A DNA stretch of 64,000 nt from an uncultured Acidobacteriota bacterium. Lineage in GTDB: Bacteria > Actinomycetota > Acidimicrobiia > Spongiisociales > ZC4RG35. The position numbers were made by a program, and so were the translations under genes. The notes under the pieces were generated by a model, which was not told where the DNA came from, searched no databases, and saw only the letters and a program-made list of their open reading frames with translations. The stretch is taken from contig CAWHEU010000025.1 of assembly GCA_963828465.1 (NCBI GenBank), positions 142,103 to 206,102 of the forward strand. The letters run 5' to 3'. Shown piece after piece: positions 1-9,955 of the stretch; the stretch's first letter is position 1; every line of letters starts with the position of its first letter.

Positions 1-535
1 CCCGATGGCACCCGCACTATCGAGACCGTCGCCCAGCCTGCCTCCAAACTGGCGGTAGAGGCAGGGTTCGCCATCCCTGATGACCGGCTGTTTCATCATC
101 GTCGAGCAGGAGGACATTGGAAAAGAGCACCGCTTCTCGGGCGAGAAGCTGACCTCAGTCCTTTCCGTGTATCGCTATCACGGATTCGAGGACGCACTCG
201 ACAAGGTCCGTCGCATCTACCAGGTGGCCGGGGCGGGCCACTCCTGTGGCATCTATTCGTTCGACGACGACCACATCGATCAGCTGGCGCGTGTGGCGCC
301 GGTCAGCCGGATCATGGTTCGCCAACCTCAGTCGAAGGCCAACGCAGGATCTTTCACGAACGGCATGCCGATGACGTCCAGCCTCGGCTGTGGCATCTGG
401 GGAGGCAATGTCACCAACGAGAACATCAGTCTCAAGCATTTCATGAACGTCACCTGGGTGAGTCGTCCCATCCCGGAGGACCGGCCGTCGGAGCAGGAGT
501 TGTTCGGTGAGTTCTACGGGGCGGAGACCCCGTAG
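1..535 (+). CDS. Acylating (CoA-dependent) aldehyde dehydrogenase, C-terminal part (SauS/AdhE-ALDH-like); 5'-truncated, frameshift near 90
   Basis: Motifs FSGEKL, GHSCGIYS, SSLGCGIWGGNVTNENI. Frame 1 upstream reads PDGTRTIETVAQPASKLAVEAGFAIPDD before shifting into the 80..535 frame. Confidence 0.8.
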
Positions 536-544
536 GGATCGACG

Positions 545-1840
545 ATGAGCCGGCCTGAGTTCTCACTCGCATATCTGACCGCCTTCGGGACCGCTCCGGC
601 CCGAATGGTCGACATCGCCGCCGAGACCGGTTACGACTACGTGAGTCTGCGTCTGACGCCGGTAACCGACCAAGAGCCGACATTTCCCTTCTTCACCGAC
701 CCATCCGTTGTTGCCGACGTCAAAGCACGAATGGCCGACACCGGGGTCTCGGTGCTCGACGTCGAACTGATCAGGGTCGGCCCGGACGACGACCCTGCCG
801 AATATGGGAGCTTCATGGAGATCGCCTCCGACCTCGGTGCCCGGCATCTCATCATGCAGCTCCCCGACCCCGATCGGAGCCGCGCTGCAGAGCGGTTCGC
901 CCAAACTTGCCAGATGGCGGCGCCGTACCGCATGACCGTCGATCTCGAATTCATACCGTGGTCCACGACCGAGGATCTCGCCGCCGCCGTCGAGATAGTG
1001 ACCAAGGCAGATCAGCCAAATGGGGGCGTGCTCATCGATACCCTCCATTTCGCCCGGTCCAAATCATCAGTTGCAGACCTGCAGCTGCTGCCCGAGAACC
1101 TGTTCAATTTCGTCCAGCTCTGTGACGCCCCGTTCGAGGCTCCCAGGACACATGAAGGTCTGATCAATGCCGCCCGCACGGCTCGAAGCCTTCCCGGTCA
1201 GGCGGGCCTCGATCTGCGGCCTCTGATGGACGCCATCCCGAGGGTGCCATACTCGCTGGAAGTGCCCAACGACGTCATGCGGAACGATCTCGGGGTGGAG
1301 GAGTTTGCCCGACGCGTCCTGCGCGCCGGACAGACGTTCTTGGACCGGGACGAAACCGAATCGGCCAGGATCCGGACAGCACCGATGACCACCGTCCTGG
1401 TGATGAACGGCCCGAATCTGAATCTGCTCGGGACTCGCGAACCGGGTATCTACGGGTCGGAGACACTCCCCGAGATCGTCGGCCGGCTTCGCGACCACGC
1501 CACCGCTCGCGGAGTCGAGCTCAAGGATTTCCAGTCGAACACGGAGGGCGATCTGGTGACGATGCTCCACACCTCACGCGAGGAGGTGGACGGCGTGATC
1601 CTCAACGCTGGGGCGCTCACCCATTACAGCGTCGCTCTGAGAGACGCCATCTCCGGGACGGGATTGCCAGTGGTCGAGACCCACATCTCGAACGTGCACG
1701 CTCGGGAAGAGTTCCGCAAGACATCGGTGATCGCACCGGTCTGCGTTGGCATCGTGGCCGGATTCGGCGCCGAGAGTTATCTCGTGGCATTCGACGGGCT
1801 GATCCGGTACTTGGAGAAGCACGGCTCTGTCGAGGCCTGA
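545..1840 (+). CDS. aroQ: Sugar-phosphate isomerase/epimerase (xylose-isomerase-like TIM barrel) in frame with type II 3-dehydroquinate dehydratase (from ATG 1385)
   Basis: N-domain has LEFIPW, IDTLH, QLCDA, RSLPG, SLEVP. C-domain has NGPNLNLLGTREPGIYG, LNAGALTHYSVALRDA, ETHISNVHAREEFR. Confidence 0.85.
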   Translation: MSRPEFSLAYLTAFGTAPARMVDIAAETGYDYVSLRLTPVTDQEPTFPFFTDPSVVADVKARMADTGVSVLDVELIRVGPDDDPAEYGSFMEIASDLGARHLIMQLPDPDRSRAAERFAQTCQMAAPYRMTVDLEFIPWSTTEDLAAAVEIVTKADQPNGGVLIDTLHFARSKSSVADLQLLPENLFNFVQLCDAPFEAPRTHEGLINAARTARSLPGQAGLDLRPLMDAIPRVPYSLEVPNDVMRNDLGVEEFARRVLRAGQTFLDRDETESARIRTAPMTTVLVMNGPNLNLLGTREPGIYGSETLPEIVGRLRDHATARGVELKDFQSNTEGDLVTMLHTSREEVDGVILNAGALTHYSVALRDAISGTGLPVVETHISNVHAREEFRKTSVIAPVCVGIVAGFGAESYLVAFDGLIRYLEKHGSVEA

Positions 1841-1850
1841 CCGGCCGAGG

Positions 1851-3154
1851 TCAGAACGAAGCCCAGATCTTCTCCGTGTCGAGACCCCGACCGGCGAGCA
1901 CATCCGATGGCGCCGTCGGGGAGGCCAGATGCAATCGCCCCAGTCCGACGATGTCGGTCGCTCCCGATCGCACCCGGCCTGGGCGACATTGGGCATCCAT
2001 TGCTGGAGGTAGCTGTACCCCGAGCCCACCACGAGCGAGTCCCGGCACGGCTTCCTTCAATCGCCTGGTCACATCGAGATGCCTGGCCACCCCAACAAGG
2101 GGATCCTCCGGTGGCAGGTACTCCCCGGGTGACACATTCAGGGCGGGTCTCTGCAGGTGACGCGCGTTGTAGGGGCTCGACCCGGTGATGCAGACCGGAT
2201 TGACCCCCATGTTCACGCATCATCGTCAGGAGTCTCACCGGCTCGCTGAGATCGATGCTGTGCCCGCTCTCATCGGTGCCGAACCAATAGCGGTAGTTGC
2301 CATCGGTGATCGGACGACCCACCCCGTGTTCATCCGCGACATGGGTCACGGTGTCGAAGGCACTGAGACGGAGGGCGAGCCGAATACCGGGGACCGCAGA
2401 CTTGGCCCCTGACACGATGGAGGTGAGAAACCGAACACGGTTCTCGAACGACCCACCGAAATCCCCCGGTCGCTCGAATGCGCCGAGCAGCTCGTGACCG
2501 AGATAGCCATGACAAGCCTTCAGATCGACGAAGTCGAATCCAGCTTCTGCCACGAGCCCCACTGCCGCGACGTAGGTCTCGATCAACCCGTAGATCTCAT
2601 CGTCGCCGAGGAGTGGCTGGCTTGGTGGCGGACCGACAGTCCGGTCGAGATAGGGGTGATGACGTACCGACACCGGTGAGCTCACGGCATGTGGCTTGCT
2701 GTATCGCCCGGAATGAGTGAGCTGCAGTCCAACCTTGAAATCCGCTGAGTCGCCATGAGCCTGGCGGTGGGCCTCGACGGCCGCCAGACGGAGCTTCTCG
2801 AGACCGGGCAGCGTGCTTCGGTCGACCAGCAACTGCTGGGGAGAGCTACGACCGTCGGCGCGCACTGCGGCCGACTCTCCCCAGATCAGCTTGGCGCCGC
2901 TTCGCCCCAGCCTCCGCCAGCGTTCCAAACTGGCATCCGTGGGATTCCCTTCCTCGTCGCTGTCCCATCCCTCCAGAGGGAGGATGCAGAACCTGTTGCC
3001 CACGACGAAATCCATCGATATCGACCGGCCAGCTCAGCGGGCCCGATGGGGCGGGCTCGAGGACTGCGTCGAAGGGGATCGCCACGCCCAGATCCTGAAC
3101 TCGGCTCTCGAATTCGCCAGGCGTGGTCATGGAGCGCAACGGTCTATACGGCAA
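1851..3154 (-). CDS. NADH:flavin oxidoreductase (Old Yellow Enzyme family), several frameshifts
   Basis: Pieces in ORFs 2846..3154, 1777..3015 and 1851..2216. Motifs GNRFCILPLEGWD, LQLTHSGR, GFDFVDLKACHGYLGHELL, FGGSFENRVRF. Confidence 0.8.
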
Positions 3155-3949
3155 GGTCGAGCCCCTTCATCGTCGATCGCATAGCTGAGGAACTCGATCT
3201 CCAGGGCCAGGTCGTGATTCGACACCTTGGTATGCACCGATCCGTGATCGAGGTTGGTGACGACCGTCGTGTTGCGCAGCGAATAGCGATCGGACCGATC
3301 GGCCAACGCCGGCCAGTCTCTCGTGGAGGTCACGCACCAGCCCGGCCGATTCGAGGGTCACTCCGTAATGCCAGATGTCGTCTCCCGCCAAGCGCGACCT
3401 GAACATGCCTGTGTCCAACGCGCTCATCTCGGACATTCATTGATTCCCGGGCAGACATTGCATCAAATCCGAAGGTCAGCACGGCGGTGGATGTCGAAGA
3501 CCTCGAGCTCGAGGGCCCGCCCCTGATATCCGACCCACACCTGAGCCATCTCGACAAACGCACCCACACGATCCTGGAAAGCCTCCGAGGCGGGAATTCG
3601 CTTGGTTCCGACGACACTTGCCCCCAATCGGTCCGCCCAGATCGGGACACCCTCCAGGTAGATGTCGAGCGGCTCGGCGATGCTGAATCCGATATGAGCG
3701 ACATCCGACCCCGTCGGTTGCATCCAGCACTGCCTCGACCAAATGCGGCTCGCCGCCGAAGAACTCTTCCATGAGCGACCGTTGCCCGACCGACCTCAGC
3801 TCCGTTGCGGCCATGATCGATGTCATCAGATCACTCCCGATGCCACGAGTCAGCGCCGAAGCGCTGTCGAGTCCCTTGAGGGCGAGCACCCGCTTGTGCC
3901 TCCGGCGCCAAAGCCGAATCCTGGCTCTGCTCTCGGCCACCCGCCTCAT
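3127..3949 (-). CDS. Hypothetical protein, possibly VOC/glyoxalase-like metalloprotein, frameshifted
   Basis: Stitched from ORFs 3476..3949, 3463..3723, 3167..3436 and 3127..3333. Motifs HIGF, ELEVF, WHYGV, EIEFL. Sits directly between livF and the OYE gene. Confidence 0.5.
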
Positions 3950-3956
3950 CGCCGTA

Positions 3957-4703
3957 TCAAGCCGGCTCGTCGATCTTCACCAACCCGCCGAGGAACAGGC
4001 TTCCGATCTGCGGATGCTCGAGGATCTCGTCCGCCCGCCCTTCCAGGACCGCCCGGCCTTGTTGGAGAACGATCCCGAAGTCGCTCACCTCCAGCGCCTT
4101 CTTCGCGTTTTGCTCGATCATCAACACCGTGATCCCGGTCTCGACGAGGCCCCGGAGCAGACCGAAGACCTGGCTGACGAGGAGAGGCGACAAACCGATC
4201 GAGGGTTCGTCGATCAAGAGGAGACGTGGCTCGAGGAGAAGGGCCCGACCCACCTCGAGCATCTTTTGCTCCCCCCCGCTGAGGGTGCCCGCCTGTTGGT
4301 TCGACTTGTTCGCCAACACCGGGAACTGCTGAAAGGCAATGGTGTCGATCCGATCACGGGTCAGTTCGAGATCCTTGAGGCTGACGCCGCCCAACTCCAG
4401 ATTGTCTCTCACCGACATGCGGGGGAAGATGTTTCTGCCCTGAGGGACGAAGGCGATACCCCGGTTCAACAACTCCAACTGTGGCGACCCGACGATGTCG
4501 TCGCCGTCGTAGACGATTCGACCCGACTCGACCTTCACCATGCCGAACACGGCTTTGAGTGCCGTGGACTTGCCGGCCCCGTTGGGCCCGATGACCGTCG
4601 TCATGGAGTGACTGTTCACGTCGAAGGTGGTCTCGTGGAGCACGGTTGCCATCCCGTATCCGGCCACGACCGCATCGAGCCGGAGTATCGAGGTGTCAGG
4701 CAC
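3957..4703 (-). CDS. Liv-type ABC transporter ATP-binding protein (LivF-like)
   Basis: GPNGAGKST, VPQGRNIF, LSGGEQKM, LLIDEPSIGL. Confidence 0.92.
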   Translation of the reverse strand: MPDTSILRLDAVVAGYGMATVLHETTFDVNSHSMTTVIGPNGAGKSTALKAVFGMVKVESGRIVYDGDDIVGSPQLELLNRGIAFVPQGRNIFPRMSVRDNLELGGVSLKDLELTRDRIDTIAFQQFPVLANKSNQQAGTLSGGEQKMLEVGRALLLEPRLLLIDEPSIGLSPLLVSQVFGLLRGLVETGITVLMIEQNAKKALEVSDFGIVLQQGRAVLEGRADEILEHPQIGSLFLGGLVKIDEPA

Positions 4704-5466
4704 CGAGGTAGACCTTGACGACCCGGGGATCGGCCCTCACCTCAGCAGGTGTGCCTTCCATCAGAATCGACCCTTCCGCCATGACTATCACCCGACTGGC
4801 CAGCCCGAAGATGAACTCCATGTTGTGCTCCACAATGGCGAAGGTGACTCCCTGTTCGGTGTTGAGCTCACGAATCCTGCCTTCCAGGTCTCCGAGCATC
4901 CCCGGGTTCACCCCTCCCGCAGGCTCGTCGAGGAAGACGACCTCCGGGTTGGCCATGAACGCCATCGCTGTGTCGAGCAGCTTCTTCTGGCCAAACGAGA
5001 GGCTCGCGGCGTATTGGTCGGCAAGGTGCCCGAGCCGGAACCGATTCAGGACCGCATCGACAGTCGCGTCGAGACCCAGGTTCGGGCTCTTGAAGAGCGT
5101 GCCTGCGATGGTCGAGATATGAGGCTGGGCCGCAGTCATCAGGTTCTCCCGCACGGTCATTGAATCGAACACCTGGAGAAGCTGGAACGTGCGCGCCAGC
5201 CCGTACTTGGCCCGGCGATGGGGCATCCATTTCGTGACGTCGGTCTCGCCCACGGTCACGGTGCCGCCATCGGACCGATATTGCCCCAGCACGCAGTTGA
5301 AGAGGGTCGTCTTGCCGCATCCATTGGGACCGATTAGGCCAAGGATCTCGCCCGGGTACACATCGAAGGAGACATCGTTGACCGCGGTGATGCCGCCAAA
5401 GCGCTTGGACACGTTGCGCACACTCACCAACGGCGTCCTCGCCTCGGCGATGGCGCTGACGGTCAT
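4696..5466 (-). CDS. Liv-type ABC transporter ATP-binding protein (LivG-like)
   Basis: GPNGCGKTT, ARTFQ, LSFGQKK, FLDEPAGG, VEHNM. Confidence 0.92.
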   Translation of the reverse strand: MTVSAIAEARTPLVSVRNVSKRFGGITAVNDVSFDVYPGEILGLIGPNGCGKTTLFNCVLGQYRSDGGTVTVGETDVTKWMPHRRAKYGLARTFQLLQVFDSMTVRENLMTAAQPHISTIAGTLFKSPNLGLDATVDAVLNRFRLGHLADQYAASLSFGQKKLLDTAMAFMANPEVVFLDEPAGGVNPGMLGDLEGRIRELNTEQGVTFAIVEHNMEFIFGLASRVIVMAEGSILMEGTPAEVRADPRVVKVYLGA

Positions 5467-6680
5467 GTTCCCCTCCTCTTGGCGGCGATGCTGGCCCTGA
5501 ACAGGTTGAAGCTGCCGGCGATCCCTCTCGGCGCCACGATCAGGACGACGATGGCGAGCAGACCAAACCAGAACCTGTACCAGTCACCGAGAACACGCAG
5601 AGAGTCGGAGACGATGGTGATGAACGACGTCCCGATGAGGGGCCCGGCCAGTGTCCCCAAACCACCTATGACCGTTGCGAAGAGAAAGTCGAAGGACTGT
5701 CCGAGGAAGAAACTTCGTGGCTCGATGTACTCCAACAGACGCGCATAGAGGGCCCCGGCACCCCCGGCCAGCCCGGAACCGATGGCGAAGGCCAGCAATG
5801 TGTAGGTGCGGACATCGATCCCGAGACTCGACGCTCGTTGGGAATTGTCCCGAATCGCCTTGAACGACCTGCCCCATGGTGAGCGAACGATCCACCAAAC
5901 GATGATCATCGTCAGCACGAGGAATGCGAGACAAAGGTAGTAGTAGTTCTGCAACGGGGTCATGTCGATTCCGAGGACCTCGAGGTCCTGTCTCCTAACG
6001 ATGATGCCCCTAGAGCCATTTGTGATGCCGACCTCGTTGTTGAAGACGATGTAGACGAGGACATTGAAGGCCAGAGTCACGAACGCGAGCCACGGGCCAC
6101 GCACCCGCAGGCCAGCCATGCCGATCAGGATGCTGAACAGCATGGCGACCGCGATCGCGATCACCATTGTCAGCAGAAAAGGGAGATCGGGCAGGTCGAT
6201 CACGATCCCGAACGCTTCGATCTCGCGGCCGGAGTCGAGGAGCACCGACGTGTAGGCGCCGATGCCCAGGAATGCAGCCTGCGCGATCGATACCTGCCCC
6301 GCATATCCGAACATGAGGTTCATCCCGATCACACACACCGAGAAGACCGCATAGAGCCCGAAGTCGGTGAGGGTCGAGTTCGCCCGACCGAAGGGAAAGA
6401 CGACCAGGAATGCCACGAAACAGACGGTGGACATGACTCGCACGGCAGTGCCGTTCCTGCTGGCCCTGGGGATGAGGAGATTCGCCCCGAGGACTCCGGC
6501 GAGGACGAGCACCCACAGCCACATGACCGGTGTGAACTCGGATCTGCCGATTGGGAACCACACGAGGAAGGCCATTGCAAGCGTCAAGCCGGCAATTAGG
6601 AGAGGGGACAAGACGCCGCGGTCTTCAGACCTGGCCCGGGTCAGCTCGCGGTCATCGACGATCTGATCCCGGCCGCTCAT
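5463..6680 (-). CDS. Liv-type ABC transporter permease (LivM-like)
   Basis: GYAGQVSIAQAAFLGIGAY, SPWGRSFKAIRDN, many TM segments. Confidence 0.92.
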   Translation of the reverse strand: MSGRDQIVDDRELTRARSEDRGVLSPLLIAGLTLAMAFLVWFPIGRSEFTPVMWLWVLVLAGVLGANLLIPRASRNGTAVRVMSTVCFVAFLVVFPFGRANSTLTDFGLYAVFSVCVIGMNLMFGYAGQVSIAQAAFLGIGAYTSVLLDSGREIEAFGIVIDLPDLPFLLTMVIAIAVAMLFSILIGMAGLRVRGPWLAFVTLAFNVLVYIVFNNEVGITNGSRGIIVRRQDLEVLGIDMTPLQNYYYLCLAFLVLTMIIVWWIVRSPWGRSFKAIRDNSQRASSLGIDVRTYTLLAFAIGSGLAGGAGALYARLLEYIEPRSFFLGQSFDFLFATVIGGLGTLAGPLIGTSFITIVSDSLRVLGDWYRFWFGLLAIVVLIVAPRGIAGSFNLFRASIAAKRRGT

Positions 6681-7624
6681 ACGATCCGCTCCTCAGGCCG
6701 ACCGAACAGTCCCTGTGGCCGCCAGAGGATGACGATGATCATCAGGACGAGGGGGATGAACTCCCTGTAGGCGCTGGACAGATAGGTGCCCGACCAGTTC
6801 TGGATGACACCGACCAGGAACCCACCGAACAGTGCTCCCCTCACCTGGTTGAAGCCCCCGATGATCGCCGCGGTGAACGCAGCCAAACCGAGAGAGATGC
6901 CGCCGTCGAATCGTGCTGTCGTCACCGGGGCCACGAGCAAAGCGGCAACAGTGACCAGCGCTGCGTTGATGGCGAAGGTGTAGAAGACCATCCGATTCAC
7001 CGGAATCCCCAACACGCGAGCCGTCTCCTGGTTCTGGGCGGTCGCCTGCATCTGCCTCCCGGTGTAGGTGCGATTGAGGAAGAATTGGAGGCCGATGATC
7101 ACGACAGTCGCGACGACGAGGACACCGACGTCGATGGCAGTGATGGACACACCCCCGACGTTCCATACGTAGTTGCCGAATGGTGAGGGAAACCTCTGGG
7201 GGGCGGCGCCGAAGGAGATGCGCAGGTATTCGCGCATCACGAGAGCCAATCCCAAGGTCGCGATCACTAGCGGGATGTCGTCCCCGCCGGGCTCGAGCAG
7301 CTGGTCGACCATCGTTCGCTTGAACACGTAGCCGAGCAGGAAGATCATCAGGGGCACCGTGATCGCGAAGGCGGCGATGATGCCCAGCTGCGGAATGGGA
7401 CCGACGAGTTGGGTCCCCCCGATCAGGGGTATGAACTCGGGTATGCCGATCACCGGCTGCTGGGTGAGAACCAGCATCACCACTGCGGGCAGCACGATGA
7501 ATTCCCCGTGAGCGAAGTTGATTGCGCCGGCGGTCTGCCATAGGAGCGCGAAACCGACTGCGGCGATGGCGAAAACCGCGCCGGTGGCCAGCCCGGAGAA
7601 AGTGACCTGTAGGAACTGCTCCAT
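6677..7624 (-). CDS. Liv-type ABC transporter permease (LivH-like)
   Basis: GAINFAHGE, GRQMQATAQN, RPQGLFG. Confidence 0.92.
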   Translation of the reverse strand: MEQFLQVTFSGLATGAVFAIAAVGFALLWQTAGAINFAHGEFIVLPAVVMLVLTQQPVIGIPEFIPLIGGTQLVGPIPQLGIIAAFAITVPLMIFLLGYVFKRTMVDQLLEPGGDDIPLVIATLGLALVMREYLRISFGAAPQRFPSPFGNYVWNVGGVSITAIDVGVLVVATVVIIGLQFFLNRTYTGRQMQATAQNQETARVLGIPVNRMVFYTFAINAALVTVAALLVAPVTTARFDGGISLGLAAFTAAIIGGFNQVRGALFGGFLVGVIQNWSGTYLSSAYREFIPLVLMIIVILWRPQGLFGRPEERIV

Positions 7625-7648
7625 GAACGGGTGTGGGCGGCGACGCTA

Positions 7649-7684
7649 ATCGGCCGACGTCGGCTTGCGCTGACGTCGGCCGAT
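7649..7684. terminator. GC-rich stem-loop downstream of the SBP gene
   Basis: ATCGGCCGACGTCGGC-TTGC-GCTGACGTCGGCCGAT, a near-perfect 16-bp stem. Confidence 0.6.
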
Positions 7685-7709
7685 CAACTCACTCAGTGAG
7701 ACCCTTGCT

Positions 7710-9014
7710 TCAGCAGCCTCGTTCCGACAGGTTGTCGAGCGGTGGCGCACTGGCAGCCACCACACCGACGCCATCGACGACCTCGAGGATGAAGCTCTCA
7801 CGGTCGAGGTCTCCATTGCCATCGAAGGTCACATCAAGAAGCACACCCGGCTCGTCATCCACCGTGATCGTGGCGCAGTGCAACTGATCAGCGAGGGCGA
7901 GACGATCGAATCCACCGATCCTCTCGGTCATCTCCTTGACGTAGTGCACCGACATGTAGCCCTTGATGTTGTTGTGGTCCACTCCCTCGATACCGGGGTG
8001 GAACTCCTCATGGGCGGTGCGCCAGTCGGCGAACACATCCGCACCGGCAGCCAGGTTCGAGTGCGACTTGGCTCCATCGCCGGCGCCGGGCTGGGCGAGC
8101 TCCAGCGAGGCAGGGGAAGTGAGCACGTCACCGCCGTACAGGGGCTTTGCCAGACCCTGGGCCGTCCGCTCGTCGAGGAAGGCACCCGTCTCGATCTCCG
8201 TCATGTAGACGAACACCGAGTCGGAGTCCGAGGCGATCAATTGAGCCACCTCACCCGACTGGTCGAGCTGATCTGGCTGCACCAGGATCTCCTCGCCTAT
8301 CTCGATGCCCTCGGCTTCCATCGCGTCGCGATGTGCCCCGGCGCCTCCGGCTCCGAACTCGTCGTTCTTGTAGATGATGTCGACCTTCTGCACGCCTTCT
8401 TCAAGCATGAACTCCACGAGCTTGGGAGCGGCGTTGTCACCGCCGAACGAGGTTCGGAAGATGAAGTTGTTGTCGCCGTTCAGCTCTCGGTTGGTGATGT
8501 CGGGAGCTTCGGCACCGACAAACTGCGGGATCTCGGCTTCCTGTGCTACGACCATGTTGACGATGGTCACGCTGGAGAACACGGTCCCGAGGAGGGCGTA
8601 GGGGTCCAACTCCACACCTTCGGAGACGACTTGCAAGCCGATGTCCGGGTCACCCTGAGTGCCCTCGAACTGGACTTCCACCGTGCACCCGAGGATTCCG
8701 CCCTCATTGTTGACGTCGGCGATGGCGTGCTCGATCCCGGCGCGCCAGTTGACGCCCGCAGGCTGGTTCTCTTCATAGGGCGCGAAAAGGAACACGCTGT
8801 TGTTCTCGTGGGGACACTCAGCCTCGGCGGCCGCCGTGGTGGTGGCTCCCGCCGCAGTCGTCGTGGTCTCGGCCTCGTCGCCCGCGGTCGTAGTCGCCTC
8901 TTCGCCGGCGGACGTCGTCGTCCCTTCCTCGCCACCGGTGCCTCCGCAAGCTGCCATCAGCAACGTGAGCACCGCCAGCAAGGCCAGCAACCGGTTCCCT
9001 CGCTTCTCGGTCAT
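7710..9014 (-). CDS. Liv-type ABC substrate-binding lipoprotein
   Basis: Lipobox LMAAC, Thr/Ala/Glu tether, GGILG, FIFRTS, NDEFG; GGAGGAGG RBS upstream. Confidence 0.88.
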   Translation of the reverse strand: MTEKRGNRLLALLAVLTLLMAACGGTGGEEGTTTSAGEEATTTAGDEAETTTTAAGATTTAAAEAECPHENNSVFLFAPYEENQPAGVNWRAGIEHAIADVNNEGGILGCTVEVQFEGTQGDPDIGLQVVSEGVELDPYALLGTVFSSVTIVNMVVAQEAEIPQFVGAEAPDITNRELNGDNNFIFRTSFGGDNAAPKLVEFMLEEGVQKVDIIYKNDEFGAGGAGAHRDAMEAEGIEIGEEILVQPDQLDQSGEVAQLIASDSDSVFVYMTEIETGAFLDERTAQGLAKPLYGGDVLTSPASLELAQPGAGDGAKSHSNLAAGADVFADWRTAHEEFHPGIEGVDHNNIKGYMSVHYVKEMTERIGGFDRLALADQLHCATITVDDEPGVLLDVTFDGNGDLDRESFILEVVDGVGVVAASAPPLDNLSERGC

Positions 9015-9097
9015 CTCATCCTCCTCCACGGGAACCCGCCCTCATCGCGCATTCCCGAATTGAATGCAGTGAATATAGCGATAAGGTTCGCGGTGCG

Positions 9098-9955
9098 TCA
9101 ATTGATTGGAAGCAGCGCCCGCATCTCGATCTCCACCCCCGTGGCGACCTCGTCGGGCAGGTCGATCCCGGTGAAGTGATGGAAAGCGTCGAGAGCCTGG
9201 CCGAGAAAGAGCTCCAATCCGTCGAAGACCATCAGTCCAGCCTCCATCGCCCTTTGCACCAATGGCGTGTGCACCGGTGTGTAGACCGCGTCGAACAGCC
9301 ACTGCTGTCCGCCGATCGCGTCGAGCGAGACAGGAGTCCCAGGCGAGAAGTGCATACCGAGAGGTGTCCCGTTGAAGATCCCGGTCGCCGCTCGAACAGC
9401 CGCTTCCTGGGTGGCTCGGCTCACGGCTGTTCCCGGGAAGCTCCGAACGAGATCGTGCACTAGCTTCGCCGCCCGACCTGGGTCGAGGTCCGAGACCCGT
9501 ATCTCCTCGGCACCCAGGCCGGCGAAGGCGAAGGCGGCCGCCCGTCCCACGCCTCCCGCGCCGATTATCGCCACCCTCCCTGGTGTCTCCGCCCCCATCC
9601 GCTCCCGCCACCGACGCTGCAGACCGGAGTGATCCGTGTTGAAGCCGCTGACGACATTATCGGGTCCGAACACGAGAGTGTTGACCGCCCCAATCGAGTT
9701 CACGCCTGGCCCGGCGAGGTCCGCGAGGTCCAGGGCGGCTTGCTTGAACGGGTAGGTGACGTTGATGCCGTCGAACCCCTGTGAACTGACACCCCGGATC
9801 ACCGCGGCCAACTCCTCTGCGTCGAGGTCCGGTTGGGCGAGCAGGTCGTAAGTGACGTCCAATCCCATCCGTGCCCCGGCCTCGATGTGAAATGCCGGCG
9901 CCAGGGAACGGCTGATATTCGAGCCAATGAGCCCAAGCCGAATGCGTCGAGTCAA
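9098..9955 (-). CDS. Shikimate/quinate dehydrogenase family protein
   Basis: SRSLAP, GINVTYPFK, GAVNT, NTD, GAGGVGRA, DAVY. TTG start overlaps the gntR stop (TTGA). Confidence 0.88.
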   Translation of the reverse strand: MTRRIRLGLIGSNISRSLAPAFHIEAGARMGLDVTYDLLAQPDLDAEELAAVIRGVSSQGFDGINVTYPFKQAALDLADLAGPGVNSIGAVNTLVFGPDNVVSGFNTDHSGLQRRWRERMGAETPGRVAIIGAGGVGRAAAFAFAGLGAEEIRVSDLDPGRAAKLVHDLVRSFPGTAVSRATQEAAVRAATGIFNGTPLGMHFSPGTPVSLDAIGGQQWLFDAVYTPVHTPLVQRAMEAGLMVFDGLELFLGQALDAFHHFTGIDLPDEVATGVEIEMRALLPIN

